A DNA stretch of 64,000 nucleotides, from contig CM082587.2 in assembly GCA_040954595.2 (NCBI GenBank), positions 6,003,705 to 6,067,704 on the forward strand, read 5' to 3'. The translations under genes were made by a program, and so were the position numbers. A model generated the notes under the pieces. The model did no database searches and was not told the origin of the DNA. It worked only from the letters and a program-made list of their open reading frames with translations. The stretch comes from Balanoglossus misakiensis (Eukaryota > Animalia > Hemichordata). Shown here piece by piece: positions 41,764 through 55,416 of the stretch; within the stretch, counting starts at the first letter, position 1, and each line of letters starts with the position of its first letter.

Positions 41764-42900
41764 GTCCGCAGTCCAGAAGTCAGAGTGACTGTGTCGCGAT
41801 AAACTCAGCTCAAACTGCTAAATTTGGCGTGCTTCACGAAGCCAGAACCATCGCGTCCAACCTCGACATTACAACTTGCCAAGTCACTTTGAACCCTTGT
41901 CTCACTGGGCCCCGAAAAAATAAAACCCAACCGATTGCGTAACGTCTCTCCAATTACGAAGCCAGTCTCGAAGTGCCAGGGACAATATGCACCTAATTAA
42001 TCCCCGTTAAATGCGAATGCACTGGCGTTGGCAAATGAACTAGAGAGCGGGTGGGGGGACGGGCGCCACCCCTGTTACACGTCACAAGCGGCAAACTGAT
42101 GTTGCCATGGAGATTCACACCACGTCTGCAAATTAATGATCAATTTAATATTTTAAAAGCACATTTCTGTAACTTTAGTCTTTTGGCCAACACGAATATC
42201 GCCGCCTCCGACACAACCCCTCATATACAGTACCCTGCGGACCCTACCTTCAAAATAACAGGGACCACAATGGCCTTCACTTTATTCATGACATTGTACA
42301 CAGGACTTGACAAGCTGAAATCGCGCCAGACACGAAAATTGACACACACCTACTTATACACTGGCGGGGCGACTGTTGGTTTCCGGATCTTGCAGAAAAC
42401 GACAACACACATACAACAAAATCTACCGCAAACGATAACTAAAACCCAAGTGCAAAACTAGACTTGATTAACGCATGTACGGTGACAGTCGGTCACGAAA
42501 TGATATGCAGTCTGCCGACCTACATTCGTGCCTGACCCCTTCAACTTCATGAAGGAAAATCCAGCGATATGCGGCGGCGGTGGTGGTATATGGCGCGGCG
42601 ACTGCAGAGAAAAAATATACAAATAAACTGCGCAGCGGTCCCTTTGAGTCAAACGTCTCCCTTCCTAATTCTTCAACATGAAATGTCTGTCGCTTTTTTC
42701 CCTGCACTTCCGGCGTACTGGCTGTCCTCAGATGCCCGTTCTTTTTCAAGGCTATGAACTCGGATAAACTTGTAGGCAATTACTAGTATACCTTCCCAAG
42801 GTCGTTTTGCTTTTACGTGTTATGGCGCGGCCAAGTCGACTATTTTTCCCTCTAATTCCGTCACGCGCGGTTCTGTAAGGTCACCTTGTGCCTCCATTAC
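41764..42900 (-). promoter_or_regulatory. CpG-rich putative promoter/5' UTR region of GCNF
   Basis: High CpG density. G-rich box 42047-42058, CRE-like CACGTCA 42078-42084, RFX X-box-like GTTGCCATGGAGAT 42101-42114, ETS-like ACTTCCGG near 42706. Confidence 0.5.
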
Positions 42901-45900
42901 ATAACGCCACGCAAAAATATATTTTTTAAATCTTTTTAGGCTTATTTTAAATTTATTTTGCAAGTATGTGTAAATCGAAACCTGTAACCCGCCATATTTC
43001 CTTCAAAGTCAGTTTTCCTTTTTTTCTCTTTGCCCTTCAGAAGATAGCAAAAAGTAAGAGATCAAAACAAAAGAGCTAGGTGAACTGTTGGCCCTGGGTG
43101 ATTACTTGCCTCCTAAATTATTTTAAATACAGAGTATAAACTTACACTGCACCGATTGTTCAATAAAAATTAAAACCATTGCGCAAGTCAGTGTCAACCG
43201 TGAAATATGTGTACTAATGATTAATTGGACGGTACTGAAATATGAATCGCAAATTATGAAATATTTCGCGTATCAATAGTACTGTTATTCAATGATGATA
43301 CTTGTTGAAAACATAAAAATTGTTAAACATCAACACACACACCAGACTCACACTGTATGCCACTCACAAAATTGCGCCGTAGGCGGCAGCCACAGGGACC
43401 TGTGTCGGCCAAAATTGACGCGTCACAGCTAATTTTACCCCCTTTGAAACATTTTTTTCTCTGTTGTACTGCGAGGGTACACATGTTTTTTTTTCAAAGT
43501 TGATTTGCAACGATTATTTTTTTCGAAAACCATCCAGCCTCCGCCCCACCCGGATATCAAACGAACCATCCCTTGGACCCGAGAATATATTAGTAATCGA
43601 CCGCCACACGACCATATTTTCGACCTCCTAACTCTTCTTATTAAGATACAATGCAGCATTTAAAGGCCGCGTATTAAAGCCCCAGTAACACTTACTTTTG
43701 ACTAGTTTTCAGTGGGGGCTAAGGTGGTGGTGGTGTTACAGTGAATTTCACCTACGGTCGCTGTTTTCGTAGTTACTAAGTTCGTTTTATTGTCCAGTAT
43801 ATACAATTCGAATAGTCTATTTTCTTATGTCGTTATTGCTGCTGTTACAGTTATGGTCGTCGAAGTTGGAGACTCATTTTAATCCAAACGAATGCGCATA
43901 GTACAAGGTACATGTTACATATGCTTCATTCTTTATACTAGACACCCCCGCATCACTTTGTAAGTAAATTGATAATGAGCGAAGAAACTTGAAAAATGTA
44001 CTAATTGCGAAAAAGTACATGTAGGCCCTAGCCATCATAAACTTGTTCACTCAAAGCTACATTTTAGCACTTGTTTTTCCAATTGCAAATTTCATATGTG
44101 AATTGGTTCGGTATTTGCGTCATCATGTAAGGTAATGCCCTTTTCCATCGCACGCGTGGGCATGCACTTGTAAGTTATTAGGCCCATATACTATGACAAT
44201 CTGTATGCATTATAGCCTATACTTGTACTTTACTTTCTGTTAGTGTGAGTGATCAAAAGCGAAAAAATACGAAGGCTGGGTTCTAGACTAGTTCTACATC
44301 ACATACTTCCGAAAGCGAAAGACTAAACACGAACTACCGCCGAACGTTTTTCATGTGTTCAAACTTCCTGGCCACAGACATCGAAATGTTGAATTGAATT
44401 CGTGATTTATGGGATGTTAGTGTGATCCGCTGATTGGCTGAAAGCAGTCACCTGTTAATTTGCATCGTAAAGTCGTTTATAATTCAGACTGTGTAACATG
44501 CAACAACACCACAGCGATTATTTCACTTGCCCGACAAACAAACAACAACAACCTGTTATTGCATATAGTTTGGCATGAACAACCAACGCATCACCGATTT
44601 TTAACAACAGCACACATGATAGTCTAGTATTAGACGAATCTGGCCGCAACCACCACTAACTTTCGAGTTTGGGGTACTACACACAAAATAGGTACATTGT
44701 AATTTACACCCACAGACTCATCTCTGCCACCGAGTGTGTGGAATGGATTAAGTCGAGAGATTGAAGGGTTTCTTAAACAATTTTAAATGTAAACATGCCT
44801 TTGTACATCAACAGACGGTCCCTTCACGGCGCTACTTTGAACAGCAATAACTCAACTCTCCCCGAAACGAAATACACCAAAATAAATATCATATCGGCGA
44901 TAACTACTGCGTTATGTCCATGAATAAACATTAAAAACACATCAAAACATCGTCAACGTCAATATCCAGATGTCCGATTTTTAAAGGGCACAATCGTGGG
45001 GCGGAAATCTCTGAATTAATTCAGCTTGCAGTCTTTGCGATTACACTGATCAAACAATATCGACTCTGTAAATGATTGGTTAATAAATTCTTGTTGCTCC
45101 AATCCTCTGTGATTTTATTTCATTTGAACTGAGTGGATTTGATTTAATTTGATTAGATGTGTTTGGATTCGATTTGATCTGCACTTTGCGGGCGGTCAAG
45201 TTTCCTACAAAGACATTAGTGTATGAGAGATGCTGGTTATTCATATCTCAGATTATTAACAGGTGGTTTGATGAAAACTACAGGATTGTCTACTGCTAGT
45301 GAATGGGAGGAAGGGGTTTAAGATCCAAAAAGCAACGCTGGTACACAAATCCATAGGACGGCCTTTTCTATTCAGTTCTTTTCTTTCTTTCTCCCTCGCC
45401 GCCTGACCGGTGCTGGGTCAGGGGCGAACTTGTTATTTGAGACCAATAACGCCCCCTGTGGTCAGACTAGTTACAAGAGAGTGTTGTCCTTGAACACGCC
45501 AGGTGTGTACTCGAGGAAAACGCTGTTTATTCGTTCAAATGTAAACAACTTGTATTACAGTGCCTTTTATTTATTATGCGTACATTATTCTAAATAATGT
45601 AGTAGTTTCAAGCCCCCCCCCCCCCCCGGAACTTTGTTTCCTGATGCGGAGACCAATCTGTCTTGTAAGATGCTTTAATCCTGAGAAACAAAGCAAAAGC
45701 CAAAACGAGTCTGCAGAGAAGAGCTGATTAGCAATATCGTCGACGACCGCGTATACTATGTGGTTTGAGGCTGCTAGTCTATATATCTACCTAATCTACT
45801 GGAAACATCGGAGCGCATGGCCAGCTAGCTATAGCTAGTTGTCGTGCCTTGCTCATTTTCACGAATGTGGGCCTATACGATTACACCATAGACTACCCTC

Positions 45901-46071
45901 GAGCTCGGGGATTCTTGATTGCACCAAGATGGAGTAGTCGAGTCCTCAGCCTCAGTACGAGGATGGTACATAGCTCTGACAGAAGATATGTCGACGTCGT
46001 CAATATAAAAAAATGATTCAGGCTCGACGTCAAGCGTGAATCACTACCGGTGAATAATTCTTTCCGACCTA

Positions 46072-46154
46072 CACCTAAGCTAGCCTGGTGTCCACACCCA
46101 GTGTGTTTAAGAAAGACTCACACACCAGGTATGAATACCAGGCTACACCTAAGT
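46072..46154. mobile_element. 65-bp TAG...CTA MITE with ~9-bp TSD (possibly Academ/AcademH-type non-autonomous element)
   Basis: cacctaagc|TAGCCTGGT...ACCAGGCTA|cacctaagt. TSD matches at 8/9 and there is a 9-bp TIR. The superfamily assignment is from recollection of terminus/TSD rules and is unverified. Confidence 0.75.
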
Positions 46155-49100
46155 ATAGCACAAAATCAAGTTTTTCTTGTGGTCCGACCGACAATGATTT
46201 TGGCTCCGACAAGAAGATAATCATTTCCTGAAAACTTAATAAACGGTTCTGTTTTCAGACCGGGTATCCATCCCCCTGCACTTTGCAAGGATTTTTTTCT
46301 GCTCTAAAATATGACACACACGCCACAGATTAAAATGTTAAATTAGGCCTAATTTTTTGTGTAAAAATTTGGACGATCCAGAAAAAAATGGACGATGATC
46401 ATATAATTTTTGAAGAAATCCCCCTCTCCTCAAAATAATCTCTAAGATGCCATCTTTTACAAGATAGAAGCCTTTCATACGGCATTGAAATGTGTCCGGC
46501 ACATACTGAGACGAATGCATAATAATTTAATATTCTTGTCCATAGTCAGTCGAATATTACGACGGTTGCGCGTGAAATTGAGCTTCACGAGATTCTTTCT
46601 TTTTGGGGGTCGTGTGTTCTCGCTGATTTACGATCGTGTATCAACATTTTTTTTCATGAGGACACAGTCTCCGGGGGCAAACGAGAGAATCACTCGACCA
46701 TTAATGATTATTTCATCTATTCAAAACTTGGGTCCAGGTTAAAAAGAGAACCACCCCCAACGTTGGTGATTTAAATTTAGGCCTATTTATTCATTTGAGA
46801 AAAAAAGCTGCAAGCTCGTGCAACGACTCTCCAAGCAATATATTGGCGGAAATATATATATATTTTTAACGTGACCTACTTTCTCGGTAAAGCGGACGTC
46901 GACATTCTTCAAATGACAAGAGAGCTTTCAAAAACAGTGCTCACCTCAAATTAAATTAAGTGCCATCAGTGCAGATTAAACGTCTCTCATTTGATAATTT
47001 CTTTTTTAAATAAAGTATTCATGTATATATGTTATATATTTCCGTGTTCTTATGAGACCTGGTTTACAATAAGGTGTAAACCTTTGCCGGTTTCCACTCT
47101 TCTACAATATTTCGCGGCATTAGAAAAACGTCTCTCGCTCGAGTTTGCCAGAAGCCATGCACTCACTGCCATCCTCCTCAAAATAACCGTCTAAGTTAGC
47201 GGGAATAACATGTCTAGACGAATCTCGTTAATAATGGGCGACTTAAGGGGTCTGTCTGTTCAAAAAAGGTGAAGGACAGACATTACACTTCACATGAGTC
47301 TATAACCTTCAGCCCCTGACCTTATATCACCTCTAGACAATGGTGGCCATGGCAACCGGCTGGCAGACACATCAATTACGCAGTCTGTGCGCACCGCTGA
47401 GCGCACTTGTTTGTTAGAGCAGATATGTACTGTATTGTACAGGTAAAGTTGATAATATTGGGCAATTCCACTCTGGCGCGGGTGGGGGATGAAGTTCGTT
47501 TTTACGTGATGGTGCCCGCACAGCGACGCTGTTTACATGCGTGGGCACGGTGAACCGTTACGTGTAGTGTAGTTCAGCGGATCCGACCTAGTGAGATACT
47601 AAAACCTTCGTGAAACGACCTTGTATAAAAATACGAAAGAGTGGGTTGTGTAGCCGCTATGATCGCAAGTAAAAGTGCAGTAATTTCGTTAACCTGGAGG
47701 GCTATTTGCTATCTATTGAAAGAAAGAGAAAAAAAAACACAAATGAGGCCACATTTTAGTCCCATCAAAAGACTAACTCATGCAGAGCGATAGGACGTCG
47801 TTCAGTATATCAGCGAATTTCAACACCAATGCGCCCAAATCCCAACTGACTATAGGAGGCAAATTACTATAAGTCCAACTGCTTTTCATATGATTTTTTT
47901 TCCCTAATAATTCGGAACTACGCCACAACCGTCCACGCGGCCATTGCCGCTCTATCAGCTCAAAGACCGTGCCTCCCGACAGCAAAGGGGCCCTTCCGTC
48001 TCGAGTCGCCAGAAGGAACTTCACATTGAAAAGACGCCTTATGTTTGTAATAAATTTACGACAGTCGATGACGTAAATTGCGGAAAGGTCCGCTACAAAA
48101 AGAGGGGAAATCATACTCCCCGCATTCGGATGTAATGGTCTTTACTGTGACGTATCATCTGGCCATGAACTTGACACGATTTCCTATGATGTATTAAATA
48201 TGTATTGAGTCCAACATGTGACAATGATGTTCGCGGGTGAACATGACATGGAAATCGAGTTTAATACCTGCGTTCAAAATAATCTATCGAGACTGCAACA
48301 GCCATTTCCTCTCAGGAATCATGCATTTTTTATTCTTTTCATTAAAAATGAATTGGAAGTACAATCTTGATCTTGTGGTGTATTGATCAGACTGTCTATG
48401 ACTGAGCGCTGCCCGTGAATATCGCTTAATTAACTTCTATCAATAATTAGGTATGCCTATTAAAAATACTATCATCATCAGACATATAGATACCATTTGT
48501 CAATTTGTTTTAATAGAAAGCGACAAATTTTCCAGTTTATTACACGAATGAATGCACACGGCGCTGAAGTGTGAATATGACGTGCAGTACAGGCAGTAGG
48601 ACCCCGTCAGCAAAACTGTCAGTGCCCGGCCATTTTGTTGTCGTCCGCGCGCCAACGTCACGGTATCAAAACGACTTCTGTGACATGACGTGAACTTGTA
48701 CAGACGCCATCTTGTCCTCACGTCATGTGCATGAACTGTTGCGCTATACATTTATATGTACTGCAGTACTTGTGCTTCGTACGACAGGTTTAATCCAAAC
48801 TGCAGATCACAGTAAGTCACGATGCCAAGGGAACAGTCGATATTGATCACAACTATAGAAGATAAAAGATTAAATGTAGAGAGAAGTTGGCGCTATTCGC
48901 TCCCGGTATTCGTTTTGATTGTGTAAATGCTAATAATAGGCCTACCGATAACCAAGTCCACAACTCGACCATCAGGTGATATCGCATCAAAACACTACAG
49001 TATACAATGTACTTTCAGGGAGGGTCGAACGATTATTGAGTCATGTTTATTTTTCCAAATCTAATCTGCAGAGCTCGCTAGCTGTTTCTCGTACATCATT

Positions 49101-50133
49101 ACAAAGCCAACTCCGATTCGTTCGCATTGCAACCCCTGATTGCCGCAATCCGTCTGGCCAAAGAGTTCATTGCCAGCTATGGTATAGCCTAATTGAATTC
49201 CACAGCCTATAGTGTCGGAGATCCTATACTTCCATTTTTCTGTATAAATGCTATGAAATGCGGATGAACAACAAGAAATATCCAGTCAAGACCAAGTTTG
49301 GAAAACGCGGCACGCAACAGACTGGCAAAGTGTTGCGCTGTCATGAAAAGCGAAGCGCGCCAAAAAATTAGTAGTTCGGATGGACATAGCCTCATTAGCA
49401 TGCACGGACAGCTTGTGCCTTGAGCCAAATAAAATGCTGGTCTCCGAGGAAAAATTATCCTGTTTTAATTGCCTAGATGTGGATCAGACTGAACAAATCG
49501 ATTATTCATGAGCGTATTTGTAGTATTTACTTGTCTTATTAGAGAAATAAATATTTCCGCTCATTTTTTCCGACATCTTACAGTCCCACGCACCAGCTGC
49601 GCATATATCTTGGATAGGATCCCTTGAAGTGCACTTTTGTGAAAATCTCTCGCTCAGAGTAGTGACGACTGCAACGAAAACCAACTCCTAGCATGGACCC
49701 ATAATCTATAGTTTGCCTACAGCTACGCATCCCACATGTGTGAAAGAAATGTAGTCAGACCAATACGAAGATGGCGAGTTCTTCTCATCCCCGGCAGGAC
49801 ACGCCCCATGGTTAGATTTCACAGCAAATGTAGCCGTGCCAATTAATGTGTGATGCGGGCGTGTGGAGGTACCCTGGCATTCAGTTTTTTTTATTCTCTC
49901 TCCGGGACCTCGTCGTTTTTCAGGCATTCGACCGAACCTTTCAAACATGAAGCCAAAAGAGTTACATTTCACGATAACCCAAGTGTCAAATGCCAGCGAG
50001 TGTTATCGCTATGAAAAGATATAGCAGCAATGGTACTGTATACGATGACGGCATGGACAGAGAACATGGCTCGATTCTACACAGAGCGAGAACACCAGAT
50101 CAGTCGTTTGAGCCAAACTCTTGTATGTGTACA

Positions 50134-50224
50134 CCCTTTCACCCCCAGTTGCCTCTATATAGAGGTCCAACTTTACCACAGAAAACGATGGATTTGGACT
50201 AAACCATGGTAGTGAAAGGGTTAA
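50134..50224. mobile_element. Short piggyBac-like MITE (CCCTTTCAC...GTGAAAGGG|TTAA)
   Basis: 9-bp TIR with CCC termini. TTAA on the right side, degenerate on the left. A second copy lies at 24221-24310. Confidence 0.75.
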
Positions 50225-50715
50225 GGGCCTGAGTGAGACTAAACCGACTTGTCGAAAGGACTGTGAAAATCTAGCGAAGATCTCCATTTAAAGGCCGATG
50301 ATCGTATGGTCGCCAACATCTTGTATCTTGTTAAGATAGCACACTGCCTTTATATAGCATTGACTGTGCAGCCATCACTCCCATTCCTTCAAACGTCCAG
50401 TTTTGCTCTAGCTGGGGAGATATTCTACCTGTATTTGCTTCATTTGACGGTTGTCTTTAGAAAGGATTCCCACTATAAAGGAGATTATCATTTGGGTACT
50501 CCACTCGCCGCGTAATATGACCCCGATTACACAATAATATAATACAAGTATAGGACAATACTGGAGATCTCCGCGATGAAAGTGCGTGGCGTAATTCGTA
50601 GAGCTGACAGCAGTCTCGCCTTTCTGTTTATTTTTACCACCATTCACAATTTCGCATTATCTAACTTCAGACACGCACACCATTAAACCATCAGACAAGG
50701 TCGGTTAGGCCTATT

Positions 50716-51015
50716 GGTTAAATATTACATAACTTTGATGAAACAATGTAAATAATCGAGTTGGGTGACCTTAAAATGAGCAAAACGGTGCCAAACGTCA
50801 ACGACCTTCGTTCGCGCAGACTCCACCAGTTCCCCAACAGCGGATCTGTACCATTCGGCGAAATCTCTTGGGAACTGTCCCAAGTCGGAAGACGGGTTGA
50901 ACATATAAACAACTTTCGCGTCTACTGACTTCGGTACATTGAAAGACACTTTTTTGGCCCACTCGATCAAGAAGTGAGATATTTGTTTTGAAAAGTGAAC
51001 AGGGACGTGTAATAT
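50716..51015 (-). pseudogene. Divergent nuclear-receptor ligand-binding-domain-like reading frame (helices 3-5 and 7-8)
   Basis: 96 open codons. LIEWAKKVSF resembles the LBD signature (V/I-E-W-A-K-x-x-P-x-F). KVVDVWHRFAHFKVTQLDY..C..KVM*YL resembles GCNF RLIYLYHKFHQLKVSNEEYACMKAINFL (recalled). Similarity was judged by eye only. Confidence 0.4.
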
Positions 51016-54000
51016 TTAAGAACCACCTAATTTTTGATAGTGGTGCCCGCCGACTATAAATCCTGAGAATAACAAATAAATCTCCTCTTGTCCTCCGAGT
51101 CTACCATGTACATGTACAATGCGTTATGTTGCACTTTTGCATTATGTTCCGGGTGCCTGAAACCAGGATTGGCCAAAGGGGGTTAATCCAATTAAGGGTT
51201 TATTAATACGTGACGCGCAAAATGAAAGATAAAGACTACGATAACCTGTGTGAAAATGTATTAGACAAGGTTGGCATGGCTATAGCTGGAACAAACAAAC
51301 TAGTTTGACGCCACGGACGCGTCGGGGATGGGACGGGACTTCTTATGCCCCCCCCCCTCCCCCGCCTGTGCACTATAGGCCTAAACGTACGCTAAAAGAT
51401 ATCAAGGTACCTCCTACCAGTGGTTTCAGTGCGTATACTATACTTACTAAGAAAGGCAATTTACATGCCAAGGTGTAAGTCGCCATGCCATGTTCCAAAC
51501 TCGCGAAGAAATGTAAACAATAATCGTTAGTGCGGAAAACATGTCATTAATCAGCACAGTTCTCTTCCTGCTTGGTGAATAAAGCACATGCGCTGAGATT
51601 GGTAAGAAAAAAAACGTGCGGAAGCCACCATCTTTGCATAATTTTACAAAATAAACGAAATCTTATAATTAGTTCCCAATTGACTTTTTTTCCTGCTCAG
51701 AAAATATCTGATCTTGTATTGGTTTTAGGTTTACCGCAGTCTGACTATTGAGAGGGAATTTTTCGCATTGGTTACAGTGACAGTCTGGCACATTCTTCCA
51801 CGACGAATATGTAAAATGGTTCGTCGTCATTTAACCGCAGGTCCTTCCTAATTATTGTAGGCTATATACCGTGTAAACTCTTTGTCTGTGGTGCAAACGA
51901 ATCGAAGTCCCAAATTTACATGGAGACACTATGTATCCATGTGGACCAATACTGGGCGCACCTATAGCGCTTCGTCGGTCTATAACTCTGTCTCGGTTAG
52001 AAATTAGCCTGGGGCCAGTAGTTCTTATATTGAACGTAAATAGCCAATACTGCGTCAGTTGTGATAGTAGATATGCATTTTTGCCACCTATTTTAGCTGT
52101 GTACACGTATTTGGAGTATACCAGACCCTGTTCAGTTGACCTTTTGTCGACCTTCCGACACCACGGCTTCTAGACTGCATCTCCTTTTCATTGCAGATTT
52201 TGTACACGTACGAATTTGCACACATGTACACCGAATCGGCCGCCAGAATGAATTGAACCTAGTACCCTTCTTTTGGCTTTGGATACTTTATATATCGGCG
52301 AACTTTGGAAGGGCAGACATACGCCGATTTGTTTAAATCTATAACCGCGGGGCTGTCTGGTATACGCTGATTCAAAAGTTCTCTGACACATAGTTGTGCG
52401 GTTTCATTCCAAGAAACGCGGTCATACCTTGGGCACATTGCCCTTTTATGATATTACTTGCACGATTCTAGTCCTTCAGATACGAATGACAAGGTATGTG
52501 GGGAGGTACATCATGTACGGGTGGGAGGGTGGCTATTTATTGGGTGGATGGGTGCCCGTTGTATCTGTAGGGGTTGGTGAATCGATCGATGAAAATGGCG
52601 TCCGATTGAAATGATTGTAAGGTGGGCACGCGCGTGTAGGATGGACGGACAACAGGGCAGAGTAACTATCATCTCTTTATAGAGATGCACTTTCTGAAGT
52701 TTCATTCTCATATATCGAGTTACTGCCTTCCACTCCAAGCGTCTCGAAATATGATCTAACTGGCTTTATCGAAGAAACAATTTGAAGTAAAACCAGGAAT
52801 TTTCTGGGAAATAAAGTAGTATCCATATTTCAAGTGGTGCGATTCTTCAATCTCTTGGGGTTTGGGAAAATGTCAGGAGTCTCCTGCAAGCACTGACAAG
52901 ACCTGGTAAACGATGATCCGGTTTCGTGAAATTCGACCGGTCTGTTTTGAGATATCTGGAACAGTGATACCTGGGCATCTGCTCGACAAAAACTTTACGG
53001 TAAACCGCCCTGAGCAATCATCGTCGACACAAAAAACGATACCTGGCATGTACATGCGGTAAAATGTTCGTTGAGTTTTTCCTAAACAGTTGTAAACCAC
53101 AAATGGAAGGTGTAGTGCCGCGTGCAAAAATTTACATAAATTACATAAGCAGTGAAAGAATCAAAGAAGTAACCAATCAGAGTGGCTGAAGGTGACGTGT
53201 GTAGCTATCTGTGGTGAAAGGTTCATGTAAAGTGGTATTCGCGATTATCATTATTAATATTACAAACGTCACCTTACGACGTAAATTTCCCGACATAAAT
53301 ATCTGACTAGAAACGGATAGGTTTCTGCCATGTTTCTTGACGCGACTATTTCTCCTTGAAAGTTCTGCTGGTCACATGACCTATTGAATGGACCAATCAC
53401 GCGTTTACTTCCTTCCTAAGCTTCGCCGGCCACTAATACGATAGCACACTTCGCCAACGGCATTTTCTCAGTTACGAACACGAATTATTCACGTTGGGTC
53501 TTAAAATATTTTGACAGTTTGACACTCTTGGACAACAGCCAGACTCCAAATCGCTTCATCTCAGCTGTAATCTTGACGGTTCTAAAAGTCTTAAATCTCT
53601 TCATCGGAGTGATCCCTACTCGTCTACCTCCCCGAGCAAGGCAAGGCCCATTCTACGGAATAGGGAAACTCCCGACAAGGCAGAATCGCAATTCTGTACC
53701 ACACGTCTTCTCTTTTAAAGTGTCAGTGTGGCATTTTACATTTTTATGAAAGTAAATAAAAGTGATTTACGAGAACTTTAACTTTTCACCCGGCGACTCA
53801 CGATGTGACGACAAGAATGTTTCGGCGGCGACTGGGTGCCAGGGACGGAAAAAAACACAGAATGTGAACTGATATTTGTCGGTTAACTTTTTTCGCTTTA
53901 TAGCAAGCACAACGAAATGAAAGACACTGCAGTCATCTCAGAAATATCTAAAGCGCGAACGGTGCGACTGTTTCATCACGATATGATCAGCGGTCTCCCA

Positions 54001-54285
54001 TATTTCAGAATGGTGTCAGGTAGTTTCTTGTTCAAATCCTTGAAGCATGATCGACGAAATGCCCAGCTTATCAGCACAGCCTTTATCCGTATATCCAGCA
54101 CTGTTATGTGCAAAATATGAATTCAAGTCCGGACTAGAATTCATTTGTCAACAATAACAATGGTTGTTACGCGCACGTATAGCCTATGCTGGCGAGCGGA
54201 GAACTGGGTATATTAGCATGCTGTATGGCGTAGAACAAGAAATCGCATTTGACATACGGAACAAAAATACTGAAAATACAGATAC

Positions 54286-54309
54286 AAGTTACAGCTAATG
54301 TCCCTTTAA
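54286..54309. repeat. Orphan terminus of a TTAA-type MITE (same family as 455-478)
   Basis: 24/24 identity to 455-478. Confidence 0.7.
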
Positions 54310-55367
54310 CATCGAGGTCTGATCATTGCGCGAAGCACTGGTACTATATGCACCGTACGAGTCGTGTCACTGCGTGTCGAAAACCGAAATTATCCCAGTT
54401 CGATATACTTCACAAAGCCTGTTGACCTAGAACTGACTCTGGGCGTCCCCACCCCTCGGTCAGATAAATGGCCATGACATACATTTGTGACGATGAACTG
54501 CGGCAATAAAAGGGGGGGGGGTTGATGTGTGTTTCACTTTGTATTGTAGAAGTTGAGTAGGCTGCATCTGCACTTGGCAAGGGCCGAATTCGCTCTTCCA
54601 TGTCTTGGCGTACCCCATCCGCGCTGCCCGTTGAACACTGCCAGCCACCCACCCACAACGCACTGTCTGGTGTAACACGCGGTTGCACAAAACTCTAAAA
54701 CAGTGAGACAATCTAAACAAATACACACACACACATACAAATATATATATATTGCAGACTTGTGACCCAGACTCAGCGTTTGGAAGTGTCTGTGGTTCTA
54801 CTTCTACACATTCATTAAATAAGGGGGTCACGTGAAAACCAGGTCAGCTGATTGATTGGGCTGGCTGAATGGGAAAGTGCGACAGCTATAGTCTGCCGTA
54901 AGTGTCGCTTTCAAAACAATTACACTATTATGACATAAATCTTAACAACAACACCCATAGTGCAAGAATCTTCGTTTTCACTAAGGTTTTTTTCCGGACA
55001 TTCACGCATGTTACGTCATAAAAGACCCGAATCTGGATCCTAAAAAGTTTTGCAACACTTTGACGTTGGCCAGCCGTCATGCAAACGGATGACCCCCTCC
55101 CCCCCCCCCCCCGAATGGTTTGCCTAACCTGTACATGTACACCGTCCCTGGTTAAAGTTCTCGGTGTTTTATGGGACAGTGCAACGCAGGTCCACCCTGA
55201 GAGAGTGGCCCAGCTTAAAAATAAACGGCTTCTTTTCCCCAGTCGACTGTTTATTAACCGGTATCACCAAAACAAACATTGTGGAATTGCACCAGCGGAA
55301 AAGGGAATGGCCTGGCGTCCAATCAGCGCCACCATACCGAAACAGACATCATCAGCTGTCGAGGTTG

Positions 55368-55416
55368 TCAAACCACGGTCACTCCACACACACTGTGTGG
55401 AGTGACCGTGGTCAAA
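55368..55416. mobile_element. 39-bp hairpin element with 5-bp TSD (TCAAA)
   Basis: tcaaa|CCACGGTCACTCCACACA cac TGTGTGGAGTGACCGTGG|tcaaa. Perfect 18-bp arms with a 3-nt loop. Confidence 0.85.
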
